From positions 9,238,001 through 9,302,000 of the forward strand of contig JAQFVV010000003.1 in assembly GCA_028023455.1 (NCBI GenBank): a stretch of 64,000 nucleotides of DNA, given 5' to 3'. Under the pieces are notes generated by a model. It had not been told where the DNA came from, made no database searches, and saw only the letters and a program-made list of their open reading frames with translations. Both the position numbers and the translations under genes were made by a program. Source of the DNA: Epiperipatus broadwayi (lineage: Eukaryota; Animalia; Onychophora). Numbering within the stretch: the stretch's first letter is position 1; each line of letters starts with the position of its first letter. Positions 23,687 through 34,838 of this stretch are shown here, one piece after another.

Positions 23687-26600
23687 TAAAAAAAGAAAGA
23701 AAAACAACAACAAATTAAAAGAAGATTGAAATGAAACTATTTTTTTTATTTCTTTGGATTCCAATTGCCTGATAGTTTTCTTCTTCCTTTACAAAAATAA
23801 AAAAAGGCAACAATTCTTCATATAGACTGAATAATGTGGCAGCCATAATTTAGATAGACAATGCAAAATCCTCCTTAGCTTTCCTTTCTCCATCATGAAC
23901 AATTTGAACTTAAAACCTTAAAAACTGAGGCAACAATAATATTACATTTGTAGGATTAAATTTGATTAATATTAATCTATTTAATTAATTAAAAGTAAAT
24001 ATTTTCTACAAAATCTAAAATATTTTTCTGAAATAATTAATAATTCACAAATATTTGTAAAAAAAATTACTAAATGTGTAAAAAGAGGTCAGAGAAATGT
24101 TTTTTTTTTCATTTCCAAATTTCAAAATGAATAATACTGTTGATGTGATGTGATGCACTGTGACTTCTCCTTGAACAGATTTAGGAACCTCTGAGCAACT
24201 ATTCCCAGAGAAACCTGTTAGCCACTTTACTTTTCCCTTTTCATTCCTCACCCTAAGTTGTCCCATAATTTGTCCATCCCCATTTCCACAACATAATCTT
24301 TGTCAACTCCATGGCCTTCATATCTAAATCCCCCTTATCTTTCCCCAAACCCAGCATAAAAACCAATAACCCATTTTCTGTATAATCACTTTGTTCATAT
24401 TTATTCTATTTGTACTATTTCTGCTTTCAAGAATTTATATTCAATTAAGAGATGCCTAATATTTTCTCTCCCTTCCTTATATGATTTTCAGACTAAATCA
24501 CCCATATTTTTCCATTTATATGTATATTCCCTTGTTGCTAAAGATCCTGTTCGAGCCTTAAACAATAAACTACTTTCCTTGCTATTATCATAAATTAACT
24601 CACATCCAATGTTTCGTTTACTTCTATATGTATTTAAACTCCTTTTACTCTCCATACTAGTTCTCCATCTCTCCAACTCTCTATTCTTTATTAATGCATC
24701 TATTCTTTTATCCCATTCCTTACCACTATAATACTCAACAATCTTCATAACACAATCATCCCACCTTTTGTACAGGTATACTGATATAAATTCTTTATCC
24801 AAATGCTCTGCATACCACATTACCTTTCTCATCCATCTGGTTGTCTGCCCTTTACTCATAACCCAATTAAATACTATTTTGGCTATTCTTTTATTATCCA
24901 TAAACTGCAAACTACCAAATATTTTCATTTCACTTTTTGCATCTCTCATATAAAAACTTGACCATCCCATTTTCCCTTCAATTGCCCCCTTTGCTATCCA
25001 CACATCTGCATCTAATGCATGTCTTCCTACTTCCCTTGATACGTTTTCTAAGTAATCTAATACCCCTTTACTAACACATAATGCATCATTACCATATGTT
25101 AACCCTGCTACTGCAACTCCCTTCCATACAATTCTAGCTACATCATATTTATTATATGAAAACACTTAATTTCTTTTTCAATCCCTTTTTTTTCTTTGCT
25201 TCATTTATCATTTTTTTCTATCATTCTTTCAAACAATTTTCCTGATTATGTAAGATGATTTCCAAATAATTATATCTATTCACCACACTCAACTTTATAT
25301 CCCCCAATAAAAATTCTATGTCTTCTCTTTCCCCAGTATTAACCATCCTTGTATGTGATTTTTCTTCACTAAATTTAATTCCCTTCTCTTTACCCAACCT
25401 TGCGCATGTCCTCAGCATAACTTCCATATCTTCTTTTTGTTCAAAAAAAGACAACATCCACAAAAAGACCCGACAAAGTATATACTCCCTTGCCACCTAT
25501 TAACAGTATCTCTGGCCCTCTTCCTAGTCTTTCTATTGCTCTCTCCTTTTCACTCAAATACAACAAAAACAAAATAGGTGACATAGGGCATCCCTGCCTT
25601 AATCCCACCCCATTTTTAACTTTAACTGATTCTATATCCCCTAATTGATATGTATAGTAATTATTTTCATATAATTTCTTAATAATATCCCTTTCCAAAT
25701 TTACTAAACTTACCCATAATCTATTTTTAGCTTCATCCCTTTCCAAATTTACTAAACTTACCCATAATCTATTTTTATTTTCTCTATCATATGCCTTCTC
25801 TATATCTATAAAACTCATATATAACTGTCTATCTGAATTCCTACTCATGTCCTTAACTATAAATAAATTATCTCTTAAATGTCTATCTGATCTAAAACCT
25901 TCTTGCATTCCCCCCACTACATTATTTGCTTCCATCCATTTTGCAACTCTTCCAGCCACCATATATGAAAAAACTTTATATAAAACTGATGTTACCGCTA
26001 TTGGTCTATAATTATTTAACTTTCTATGATCCTTACCTTTTTCTTTAAATAATATTATTCTTGTATTACCCCAACTACCCGGAAAAACTCTCTTCTGTGC
26101 CATCTTATTAAAACATGATAATAACTTTACTTTTGCTGTATGCCCTATATTCTTTGCCATCTCTGCTTCCCATCTATCTAAACCTCTTGCCTTTCCACTT
26201 TTCAATTTCTTCCCTGCCTCATTCAGTTTATTTTTTGTAAACCTAATATTTCCATTGCTATATGCTTTCATGTTTTCTATCACTCTGTCCTTCACATCTA
26301 ACATTTTTTCTATATCCATTGCATATCTATTTAAGATTCTCTCTAATTGTTCTCTAGAGCTATACTCTATTCCCTCATCATCTAGTAATACTATCTCTCT
26401 CTCCCCCACATTTTTCCTTTTAATGTAATTCCAAATTTTTTTACTCCCATCTCTTCCACTTTCATTAATATCCTCCAACAATTTACTATTCAATTTCATT
26501 CTCTCTATAATTACTATTTTAGCCAATTTTTTTCTAAGTACTTTTCCCATTTAGCATTAATGTCTTTTTCACTTTCTTTGTTCTTAATAACACACTTATA

Positions 26601-28724
26601 TTCTCTGCATGCTTCTTTCTTCTCTTTTATACTTTTACTAACTCTAATTTTTTATTACTTTTATTCTTCTGAATATTCCACTTTTTCTATTTCATCACAC
26701 CAGTCCTTATATTCATTCCCAACCAACTCTTCCATGGTTTCTTCAACTTATATTTTATACTCTTCCAACTTATTCTTATCATTCACACTCTATCCACATC
26801 TTTCACTATTGTTTCTACTTTTATTTTTATTCTCCATCACATTACTAACCATTTCTATTACAATGAAGTTATGATCACTATTCTCTCTTCATTATCAAAC
26901 ACCTTAATTTTCCATACTTTATTCATTCCATCTTTTTCTACCAATACATAATATATTGTGTGAAATATATTATTTCTAGACCATGTGTATTGTCCCTCAT
27001 AAATATTTGATAAATTTCCAATGTTCAAATTCACTCTCTGACAAATATTTTTCAAAAGCTGTCCCTTCTTATTATCTACATCATCAATTTCTCCAATATG
27101 TCCATTCATATCCCCTATAACCATTATTCTCTTCCCCTTTTCTTTAAAACTCTGTATATCCTTAACTAGGCATTCAAATATGTTACTGTTTTACTCCATT
27201 ATAGTTTGACTATCTCCACTGGCTATATAAACTATAGCCACCATCCATTCTTGTCTACCCAATCTTATTTCAAACCATAAATTTTTTGACATTTAACAGT
27301 ATTTAAATATTTTTTTGATATAACACCTATACCACCATCCCTTTTTGCTTTTTCTTTTTTATTTATATCCTGCCATACCAAATCTTCCAGAATAGGTTCT
27401 TCTTCTCTTAGATGTGTTTCCATTACTGCTAATATCTCAAGCTCATCAATTTTAATTGCTGTGTTTAATTCCAGCCAATTTTCTGATTTCCTACCACCTT
27501 GTATATTCAAATACTCAATTTTAACAATTTCTTCTCTCCTAATTACTTTTTTTATAATTTCATTGATTTTTTCTTTTTCATTACATTTATAAATGTCTTT
27601 TACCATTAATTTTACAGATCCATTCCCTCTCCACATCTACACTTATATCTAAATCAACTATCTTTTGTTTATTTCTTACATCCTGTTCATTCTTCTTCTT
27701 TTTGATAATACTGCAATTTAAAACTCCACTCCCTCTTTATAAGTTTTCTGAATTGTATTCTTTATAAATCAGACTCCCTATAACTTTACTTCCTTGTTTT
27801 CCTAAGCACAATCCATCCTTACTATATAACTTCCTCTTTCCAATAAACCAATCCCACACATCCACAAACATAACATTATTTCTCTCATCCAATTTTGTCA
27901 ATCTCTCATTTATAAAACATGTCTTATCTAACAAATGCTTCTTGTCACATCTTGATAATAATCCAACTCCTTTAATCTTACTCAAATTCCTAATCAATTC
28001 TATGTACTCATCCATTACCCTCTCTCATGGTTCTAACAAATTATTGGTCCCTACCATAACATACACATGTCTACTAGCTTGCTTTTTTACTTTATCTGTC
28101 ACATCCTAATTCTAGCTCCAGGCAAACATACTCTTACATACCTGCTTTTATTTTCCCTTGCAATTATATCCTCACATTCTCTAATTAGTAAATCTCCTGT
28201 CAATACTGTTTCATAGTTTACTTTCTATACTCCATCCATAACATTTTCTACCACCTTCTGGACCTCATTATCCACATTTTCTTATTATTCCTACTAAGTA
28301 ATTCCTTTATCTGCTCACACTTCATCTCTAATGATTTTAATTTTACTTCTACATTCTTCACTTTTTCCTCTATCTTACTTATTCTTTGGCTAAACATCTC
28401 CATTGCATTACTACTTTCTCCCCTTATATGTCCTGACACTCCACTAAAACTATACTCTGTTCTATTTTCTTTAACTGCATTTTGCTCCCTTTCCCCTGAC
28501 TTTCTCTTTAGTCTATCTACATTTAGAAACCACTTTCTCACCTCTTTTGTCACTTTTACACACTGTCTACATAACCATAAATAGATGAAATACACAGGCT
28601 TATATATACATGTGTCTATATATGTTATAGACAGGGTATGAGCACAGACTTTCACATGATCCACCACTCTCCACACTATCTCATAACACTGATACACTTG
28701 AACACACATATGTTAAAAGGATAA

Positions 28725-28783
28725 ATAATCACCAATATACGTATTTCATGCTAAACCAGCAATCATCAGTTGGTCCAGATTAC
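28725..28783 (-). ncRNA. Minimal type-I hammerhead motif, canonical C3-G8 (left arm)
   Basis: Reverse complement matches 29221-29279. Confidence 0.8.
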
Positions 28784-29220
28784 CATCTCTACACATATAT
28801 GCTACAAGTGCTCAGATATATATTAAGATAGCAAATCCTCCTACTTTAATGGACAGGCTTCAATGTACTCCACACTCCAACTCTTCAACCGTCCATCCAA
28901 TTGAAAATCTGATGATGGAGCGCTCAAAGGCCACCCTTAGGCCGAGATTGTTGTCACACCCATGTTGACCTAAAGGTCAATCTGACCAACATAATCCATT
29001 AAATACATATACAAGGGGTCAGATTGACCTTTAGGTCAACATGGGTGTGACAACAATCTCGGCCTAAGGGTGGCCTTTGAGCATTCCATCATCAGATTTT
29101 CAATTGGATGGACGGTTGAAGAGTTGGAGTGTGGAGTACATTGAAGCCTGTCCATTAAAGTAGGAGGATTTGCTATCTTAATATATATCTGAGCACTTGT
29201 AGCATATATGTGTAGAGATG

Positions 29221-29279
29221 GTAATCTGGACCAACTGATGATTGCTGGTTTAGCATGAAATACGTATATTGGTGATTAT
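29221..29279 (+). ncRNA. Minimal type-I hammerhead motif, canonical C3-G8 (right arm)
   Basis: GTAATC tgg ACCAA CTGATGA tTGCT ggttt AGCAt GAAA TACGTA T A TTGGT GATTAT: palindromic stem III ATACGTAT, triplet AUA, bulged stem I. The first stem II pair is U-U. Confidence 0.8.
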
Positions 29280-29387
29280 TTATCTTTTCAACATATGTGT
29301 GTTCAGGTGCATCAGTGTTATGATATAGTGTGGAGAGTGGTGGGTCATGTGAAAGTCTGTGCTTATACCCTGTCTATAACCATAAAT

Positions 29388-29520
29388 CTGTTATATCCTT
29401 CCTAGTCTTATTCAAACATTTCAAGTGATAAACCTCATCACACATGCTACACTCTACCCGAGCACACTTAGTTTCTTTCTGCTGATTATATACACATTGT
29501 GGAATAAAAATGCAATCCAT
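29388..29520 (-). pseudogene. LINE ORF1 N-terminal PHD finger (first part, split by the insertion)
   Basis: Hand translation from ATG 29520: MDCIFIPQCVYNQQKETKCARVECSMCDEVYHLKCLNKTRKDITDL, continuing as WLCRQC on the other side of the insertion. Not in the supplied ORF track. Confidence 0.8.
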
Positions 29521-31060
29521 ATTCCTTATTTTCCAAGTCACCTATTCTATATTTGACTTTATATTGCCTCTCCTTTTCTTCAAACTTTCTTGCACAGAAA
29601 GATAAAAACTTTACTTTCTTTCAAATCCGATCAAACTATAACCATGTGTTTTTTGACTTTAGGCCTCCAAAATGTTATATTTTTTCTCAAAATAAATAAC
29701 TTTTTAAATTTAAAAAAACTTTTAGTAGCAAACTAATTAAAAACAATCTTACATATAACTTTGTTATAAATGTCAAAATCATTAACAGTATGATGCTCTC
29801 TTATGGAAATAACAAGAAACATAAATAAAAAAAACTCATGAAAAAAATTATTTTATTTAAATTGAAATTATTTGTTTTATTTATAGCTAAAAACAAAAAT
29901 AATATTTTAAAAAAGATTTTTTAAAAATAAAAAATAAAAGTAATAATCTATTTCATAAAAGTATTTGAGGCTCCAATAAATCATAAAAGTCAAAAAAAAA
30001 TCCACATTGCTTTTATGAAATGGATCATTACTTTGTTATTTTTTACTTTTTAGTGGGCTATTTACATAAGAGCATTATTTTTTAAAAAACGTTTTTAAAA
30101 TATTATTTTGTTATTCTGTAATTTCATAAAAATATTTTTAAAAATTATAAGTTTTTATACAATTTGATAGACTTTTCCAGTTCAAGTAAGTTGATTGTAG
30201 CATTTCTAGTGATTAAATTGATTGCCAATATAATTTTTGATAATGTGGAAGGGCAAAATACTAAAATAAATTAATAAAAAAAACATTTTAAAAACATACT
30301 AGAAGGCAATTTGAACTTTTAAATTAAATACAAATTTAAATTAATGAATGGAAGAATTATTAGTTTTTGAAACTCTCTCATTATGTTTGTTCCATCCATA
30401 CATAAAAATATGTATTTTTATTTCTTTTTTATTTACATATTATCCTGAATTTCTTTTTGTTGACTGGCAAATATTTAAAATTTGTTATTCAGCACTTCAA
30501 AGAAAATATTAGTGGATGTCTGTTTTAATATGTACACTTTTGTAAGAATTAACAAAGAGATATTAAATAATTGAAAAAACAAACAGGATACTGAAATGAA
30601 GCAGGTGTGGATACAGTATGAAAAAACATGATAATAGGTCACACAGTATTTTAAGAGACTTAGAAGGAGATCACATGTGAGATGGATGAAATAAAAAAAT
30701 ACTGAAGTGACTTAGAAAAGACAATGTAATAATCAAAAAATAAAAATAAAAATTTGAGAACTTCAATCTGCTTTGAATTATTAATGATTAAAAATTATGA
30801 TGATGATTGGATTACAGGTTGCTAAAGTACAACTTAAATATTGAACTAATATATAAAATATTGTTTGTTCACATATTTTCAACTTTTTGATTCTATACAA
30901 GAATTGGTTTAATTTTTAAAATATTTTCATTTTATTTATTTTTTATTCATTAAATTGTCTTTATTAATTAATTTTTTTAATTTCATTTAAAAACTAATAA
31001 TTATTTTTAGTAATCTTTATGAGATCATATTTTAATCTGAAGTTATTTTATTTTCTATAG

Positions 31061-31120
31061 CGTTTGGTAGATATAGCTGAAAATGCACATATGGATTACG
31101 ATCCAGAGCCAGGCGTAGAA
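31061..31120 (+). CDS. CACNA2D: Calcium channel alpha2/delta subunit, coding exon (RLVDIAENAHMDYDPEPGVE)
   Basis: TTTTCTATAG acceptor, GTAAGT donor, phase 0-0, 20 codons; resembles the RLVEAAEEAH exon of the family and is in frame with the next exon. Confidence 0.85.
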
Positions 31121-32899
31121 GTAAGTTTAATTGCTTATTTACTTAATTATCTATTTAATGTAACAATAATAAGGTAACTTCTTCTCCAATATATAAGGAA
31201 AATAAATGTTATATTATTAAGAAAGACAGAAGCAATATTTTCAAGACTAAATGAGAATGGATGGATAGAGATGTTAAGTCTTTATAGCAGAGTAATCCTA
31301 CTAACTTATCTCCTTGCAGACAGAACAGACAATGAAACCTGATGCACAGTTTTAGCTATCATAGCCTAAGAATACTAATTATTGAGTGCACAGATATTTT
31401 TGGACTGTTTTTGAACACTACAATGGCCCTCTCACTAGATCAATTCTTCTACTTGCAGTGACATGGACAAGCTTTGCTTTTCTTATGCTCTCTGCTAGGA
31501 ACTCTTAGTTTCTCTTGCTAATTGTACCTTCTTTTTTTTATTAATCCGGTCTGGGGATGGGGACCATGATTTGAATGCCTTCTCTTGTAGTAGCATTTAT
31601 CATAAATAATAATAAAAAAAAAAAAGCTTGCTTTGAGCTATTAGCACGCTCTTAATTTTACATATTAGTAAGTGCAAGCTATATATAAGTCATGTGACAT
31701 CTGACTTGTTACTATTACTATTATAATCCTGTTTTGTAAAATGAACCTTAATTTTTCTGTTGTCCTGTATGGTTTATTACAGTGATAGAAGGTTAGATTC
31801 TTGAATGCAAGATCTTTGGTTTGATTGCAGTTCTAATTTTTTGGGTGCTCAAACTTCTTAATGCTCTCAAGCAATAAGGCAATTTATTCAATTATTTATT
31901 TCTTAAATAACATTGGTTTAATTTTTTTATTTGCTTTTTTAATGAGTTTTGTTTTTAATTAATTAGTTTTTAATTTTTATTTGTCATTCTGGATTTTATA
32001 TATATATATATATGAACACTTATATAATCTTTACTTCATTAATATGCCATTTTTTTGGAGAAAAAAAAAAAGAATTACCTTTTTAATTAATTTCTTTTTC
32101 TGATTCATGTGTGTGTTTATGCCTAAATATATACATGCATTATAACACATCAGTAAAGATATTAAAAGTAGACCTGATAAAAATAGAATGATCAGGAAAC
32201 GATTAAGAGTAGATTGTTTGGTAGAATCACATTAGGTCCAGTTTATTGGATGGCTTGGAAAGAAAAAGTAAAAGTTAAAAGCAAAAGACTAAAAGAAAAA
32301 TCTAACAAAAGATGGTTAAAAAAAAGAATATAAATCAATAGCAACAGCTTGAAAGACAAAAACATTCCATGAAGAAATCTAAGAGCAAGCAATCTAAAAT
32401 CTCTTAGTAGGTTGTTTTTTTTTTCATGTGAAAAAAATAATTAATAGTTAAGATAAATAATATGATCCTTTAGTTCAAAGGATTATCCAATTTATACAAA
32501 CTATCTTTTCTTCTAGTTAATCAATGATAAGTTAAAATGAAAAAAAGGAACTCAGTTTTAAGGCTTTTATTCTGGATGAACTCAACAGATCAAACCATTC
32601 TTTTTTATTAACTATTTAATAGTTGTTGGATTACTTTTATTATCTAATTTAATTGCTCAGTGTTTCTTTAAGAAAAATTATAACTTTTAAATACTCAATA
32701 ATGATGATGGTGTATTAGACGTGATAATATGTTGGACTATTTCCATAATCTATCATTAAATGTTGAATGCAACTTGTTAGTTATAACACACAAATAAACA
32801 ACAAACATTAGTAATTACATGTTTTGAGTAGTATTATTCTCCACTCTTCTTTTCCAAATATATTCAATTATTGATAAAAATAAAAGATATGTAGACTTC

Positions 32900-34130
32900 T
32901 AAATTAAACAAGTAATATGTCTAAATGTGCTAAAACCCAGGCAATGGTGAAACTAAATACAAATTGTAGTATTAAATGGTTGAGTGCTTTTGAGAAGTTT
33001 TATTTTCTCATAATCATAGCAAGTGAGTTGTGTAAGCATGGTGAAATATGTATGTGATAAATACTTAAATATATGCAAATTGGATTAGAACGTTTATTTT
33101 TTGGAGAGGGAAAAGCATGCTTCATTTTGGTATATAGCATAGGTGTTGTTAGCTATAAGCCATGTTTCTTTAATTTTATGTTTAGAGTTATGGTGTTCCA
33201 TGCATGTGGTGAAAGCAAAAGATGGTTAAAACATATTGTGAGTGGACTTTTGCTGTTATTCAGGGTGTTATAAAAAGATGGAATTGTATTCAAGTTTATT
33301 AAAAGCTCTTTTATATAAGTAACAATGTTGAGAGACGTAAGTGGAGAGAAATGTGCAGGATTCACCACAATATATGACACTGCAATCAGTTTGGGGTGTT
33401 GGGATGTGTGAGGAGTCTGATCGGGGGGTAGAAAGTCTTTTGAATTATTATTTAATCTATTGGTTGAAGGAAGGGTTATGAAAACTTAGCTTGAAAGAAG
33501 GAAAGGATGTTTGAAAAAAGAAGCCATGATCTGTTTTCCTTGGGAGAGTTGTTATTTAACTTCTGGTAAAATTGTTTTACCAGTTTTTTTAAGGTAGCTG
33601 CATTGAATCCAATATTAGTGAGTCTTTTAGATATTGTTCGATGTTAGTTTCGTGAGATGTTTCAAATTTCCATAAGTGATAATCATGAAAAAAAAACTGA
33701 TGAAAGACCTGAAAATTTGTGTGTGCATAAAGAGTTCAATTTAGGGTGTGTAATGCCTTTGTCTTCCAAAGGTTTAAGTTTAATACACATAGTGTAATTT
33801 AATTGACTTGCATCTCATTGTACATGGATGTCCAAATATTTAAGTTCAGTATCCTAATCTTCCCAAGCAGTAATGAATGATAGGGAGGGATGTGCTTGAA
33901 GATCCAACTGAATATTGATAATGAATGATTCAGATTCAATGACAAGCACATCATCAATATAGCATAGATAAATAATGTTGGGAGTGCTACTGAAGTATTT
34001 AAAATGGAGTTTATCTTTGAAGTGGTTTATGTATATGCTGGATTCCGCTGAGTAGTAATCCCCTGGACTAACCATATGCCATGTAAAAATACTGTCCATT
34101 GAATGTGGTGATAATATTGTCATCTATCCA
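32900..34130 (-). mobile_element. Degenerate Penelope-like element (RT core, thumb, GIY-YIG, 3' hammerhead)
   Basis: 33854-34123 YLCYIDDVLVI...AHPSLSF; ELKYLDI near 33830; DCSVIYCGESC at 33354-33388. Boundaries approximate. Confidence 0.75.
32977..33022 (-). ncRNA. Decayed hammerhead motif, A3-U8 core variant
   Basis: TTGCT ATGATTA T GAGAA aataaaac TTCTC AAAA GCAC T C AACCA: perfect stem II, CGAAA>CAAAA (CpG decay), stem III AGCACT, triplet CUC. Stem I pairs at only 3 of 5 positions. Confidence 0.6.
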
Positions 34131-34255
34131 GGTAAAAAAATCAGAAATAAAAATGATGCTTGTCTGCAGGTAATTGCTTTTTACAAGTTTGGCTTTGACA
34201 ACATATTACTTGTTTAATTGGGAAGTCCATGTTTCTTTTTTCTTACATTATATAG

Positions 34256-34838
34256 TTGTAATTATAAATTTATTAAATGCACATTGATTATATAAGTAAT
34301 ATTTATTGAGGCTATAACCTCGACAATATGTGTATAAAATGCGATAGTAGGGACCTCTACAGGTGTTTAACCACAAGCTTATGCTATGGAAGAAAAGAGG
34401 GGAACCCTTCTTTACTTCAACCTACTTTCTATTTAAATAGGTGAAGCTGAAGCAGTTAGATATGCAAGCGTGAAGCTATTCAATACTTCACTGATTAAGT
34501 CCACATTTCTTATTACACATTAATACTTGCGAAATCTTTCGATTTACAACGAGTCAATGGAAAGATTTCTAAATATAAAATCTTTCCATTGACTCATTGT
34601 AAATCGAAAGATTTCGCAAGAATTAATGTGTAATAAGAAATGTGGACTTAATCAGTGAAGTATTGAATAGCTTCACGCTTGCAGATCTAACCACTTCAGC
34701 TTCACCTATTTAAATAGAAAGTAGGTTGGTTCCCCTCTTTTCTTCCATAGCGTAAGCTTGTGGTTAAAACACCTGTAGAGGTCCCTACTATCGCATTTTA
34801 TACGCATATTGTTGAGGTTATAGCCTCAGTAAATATTA
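34256..34838. mobile_element. Fold-back insertion (arms of about 275 bp, 9-bp spacer) with 14-bp TSD, PLE-like architecture
   Basis: Arms 34293-34568 and 34578-34842; spacer CTAAATATA; TSD CTTACATTATATAG at 34242-34255 and 34839-34852; about 37-nt tail on the left arm only. Confidence 0.85.

Larger units (their letters stand above)
28583..29375. mobile_element. Non-coding PLE-type fold-back insertion (arms 28624-28987 and 29017-29380, 29-bp spacer) with 12-bp TSD
   Basis: Inverted arms of about 365 bp; TSD ATAACCATAAAT at 28571-28582 and 29376-29387; about 40-nt tail on the left arm only; a hammerhead in each arm. Confidence 0.88.
24143..29660 (-). mobile_element. Near full-length RTE-X-like LINE (ORF1 PHD-coiled coil-SGNH esterase; ORF2 APE-RT-C-terminal domain), frameshifted, interrupted by a PLE palindrome
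   Basis: PHD 29388-29520 plus WLCRQC at about 28560; esterase FVDVWDWF...DGL (27737-28015); APE AVMETHL, GGIG, IGDMNGH (26858-27636); RT NYRPIAV, FIDIEKAYD, GLRQGCPMSPILF (25441-26550); C-terminal region 24488-25165; (CACAT)n tail at 24143-24156. Clade assignment and 5' end are tentative. Confidence 0.85.

Noticed and set aside
33697-33714. CTGATGA...GAAA as a hammerhead
   Set aside because: Stem II would need a 2-nt loop; no stem I or III; lies antisense within a PLE RT remnant.
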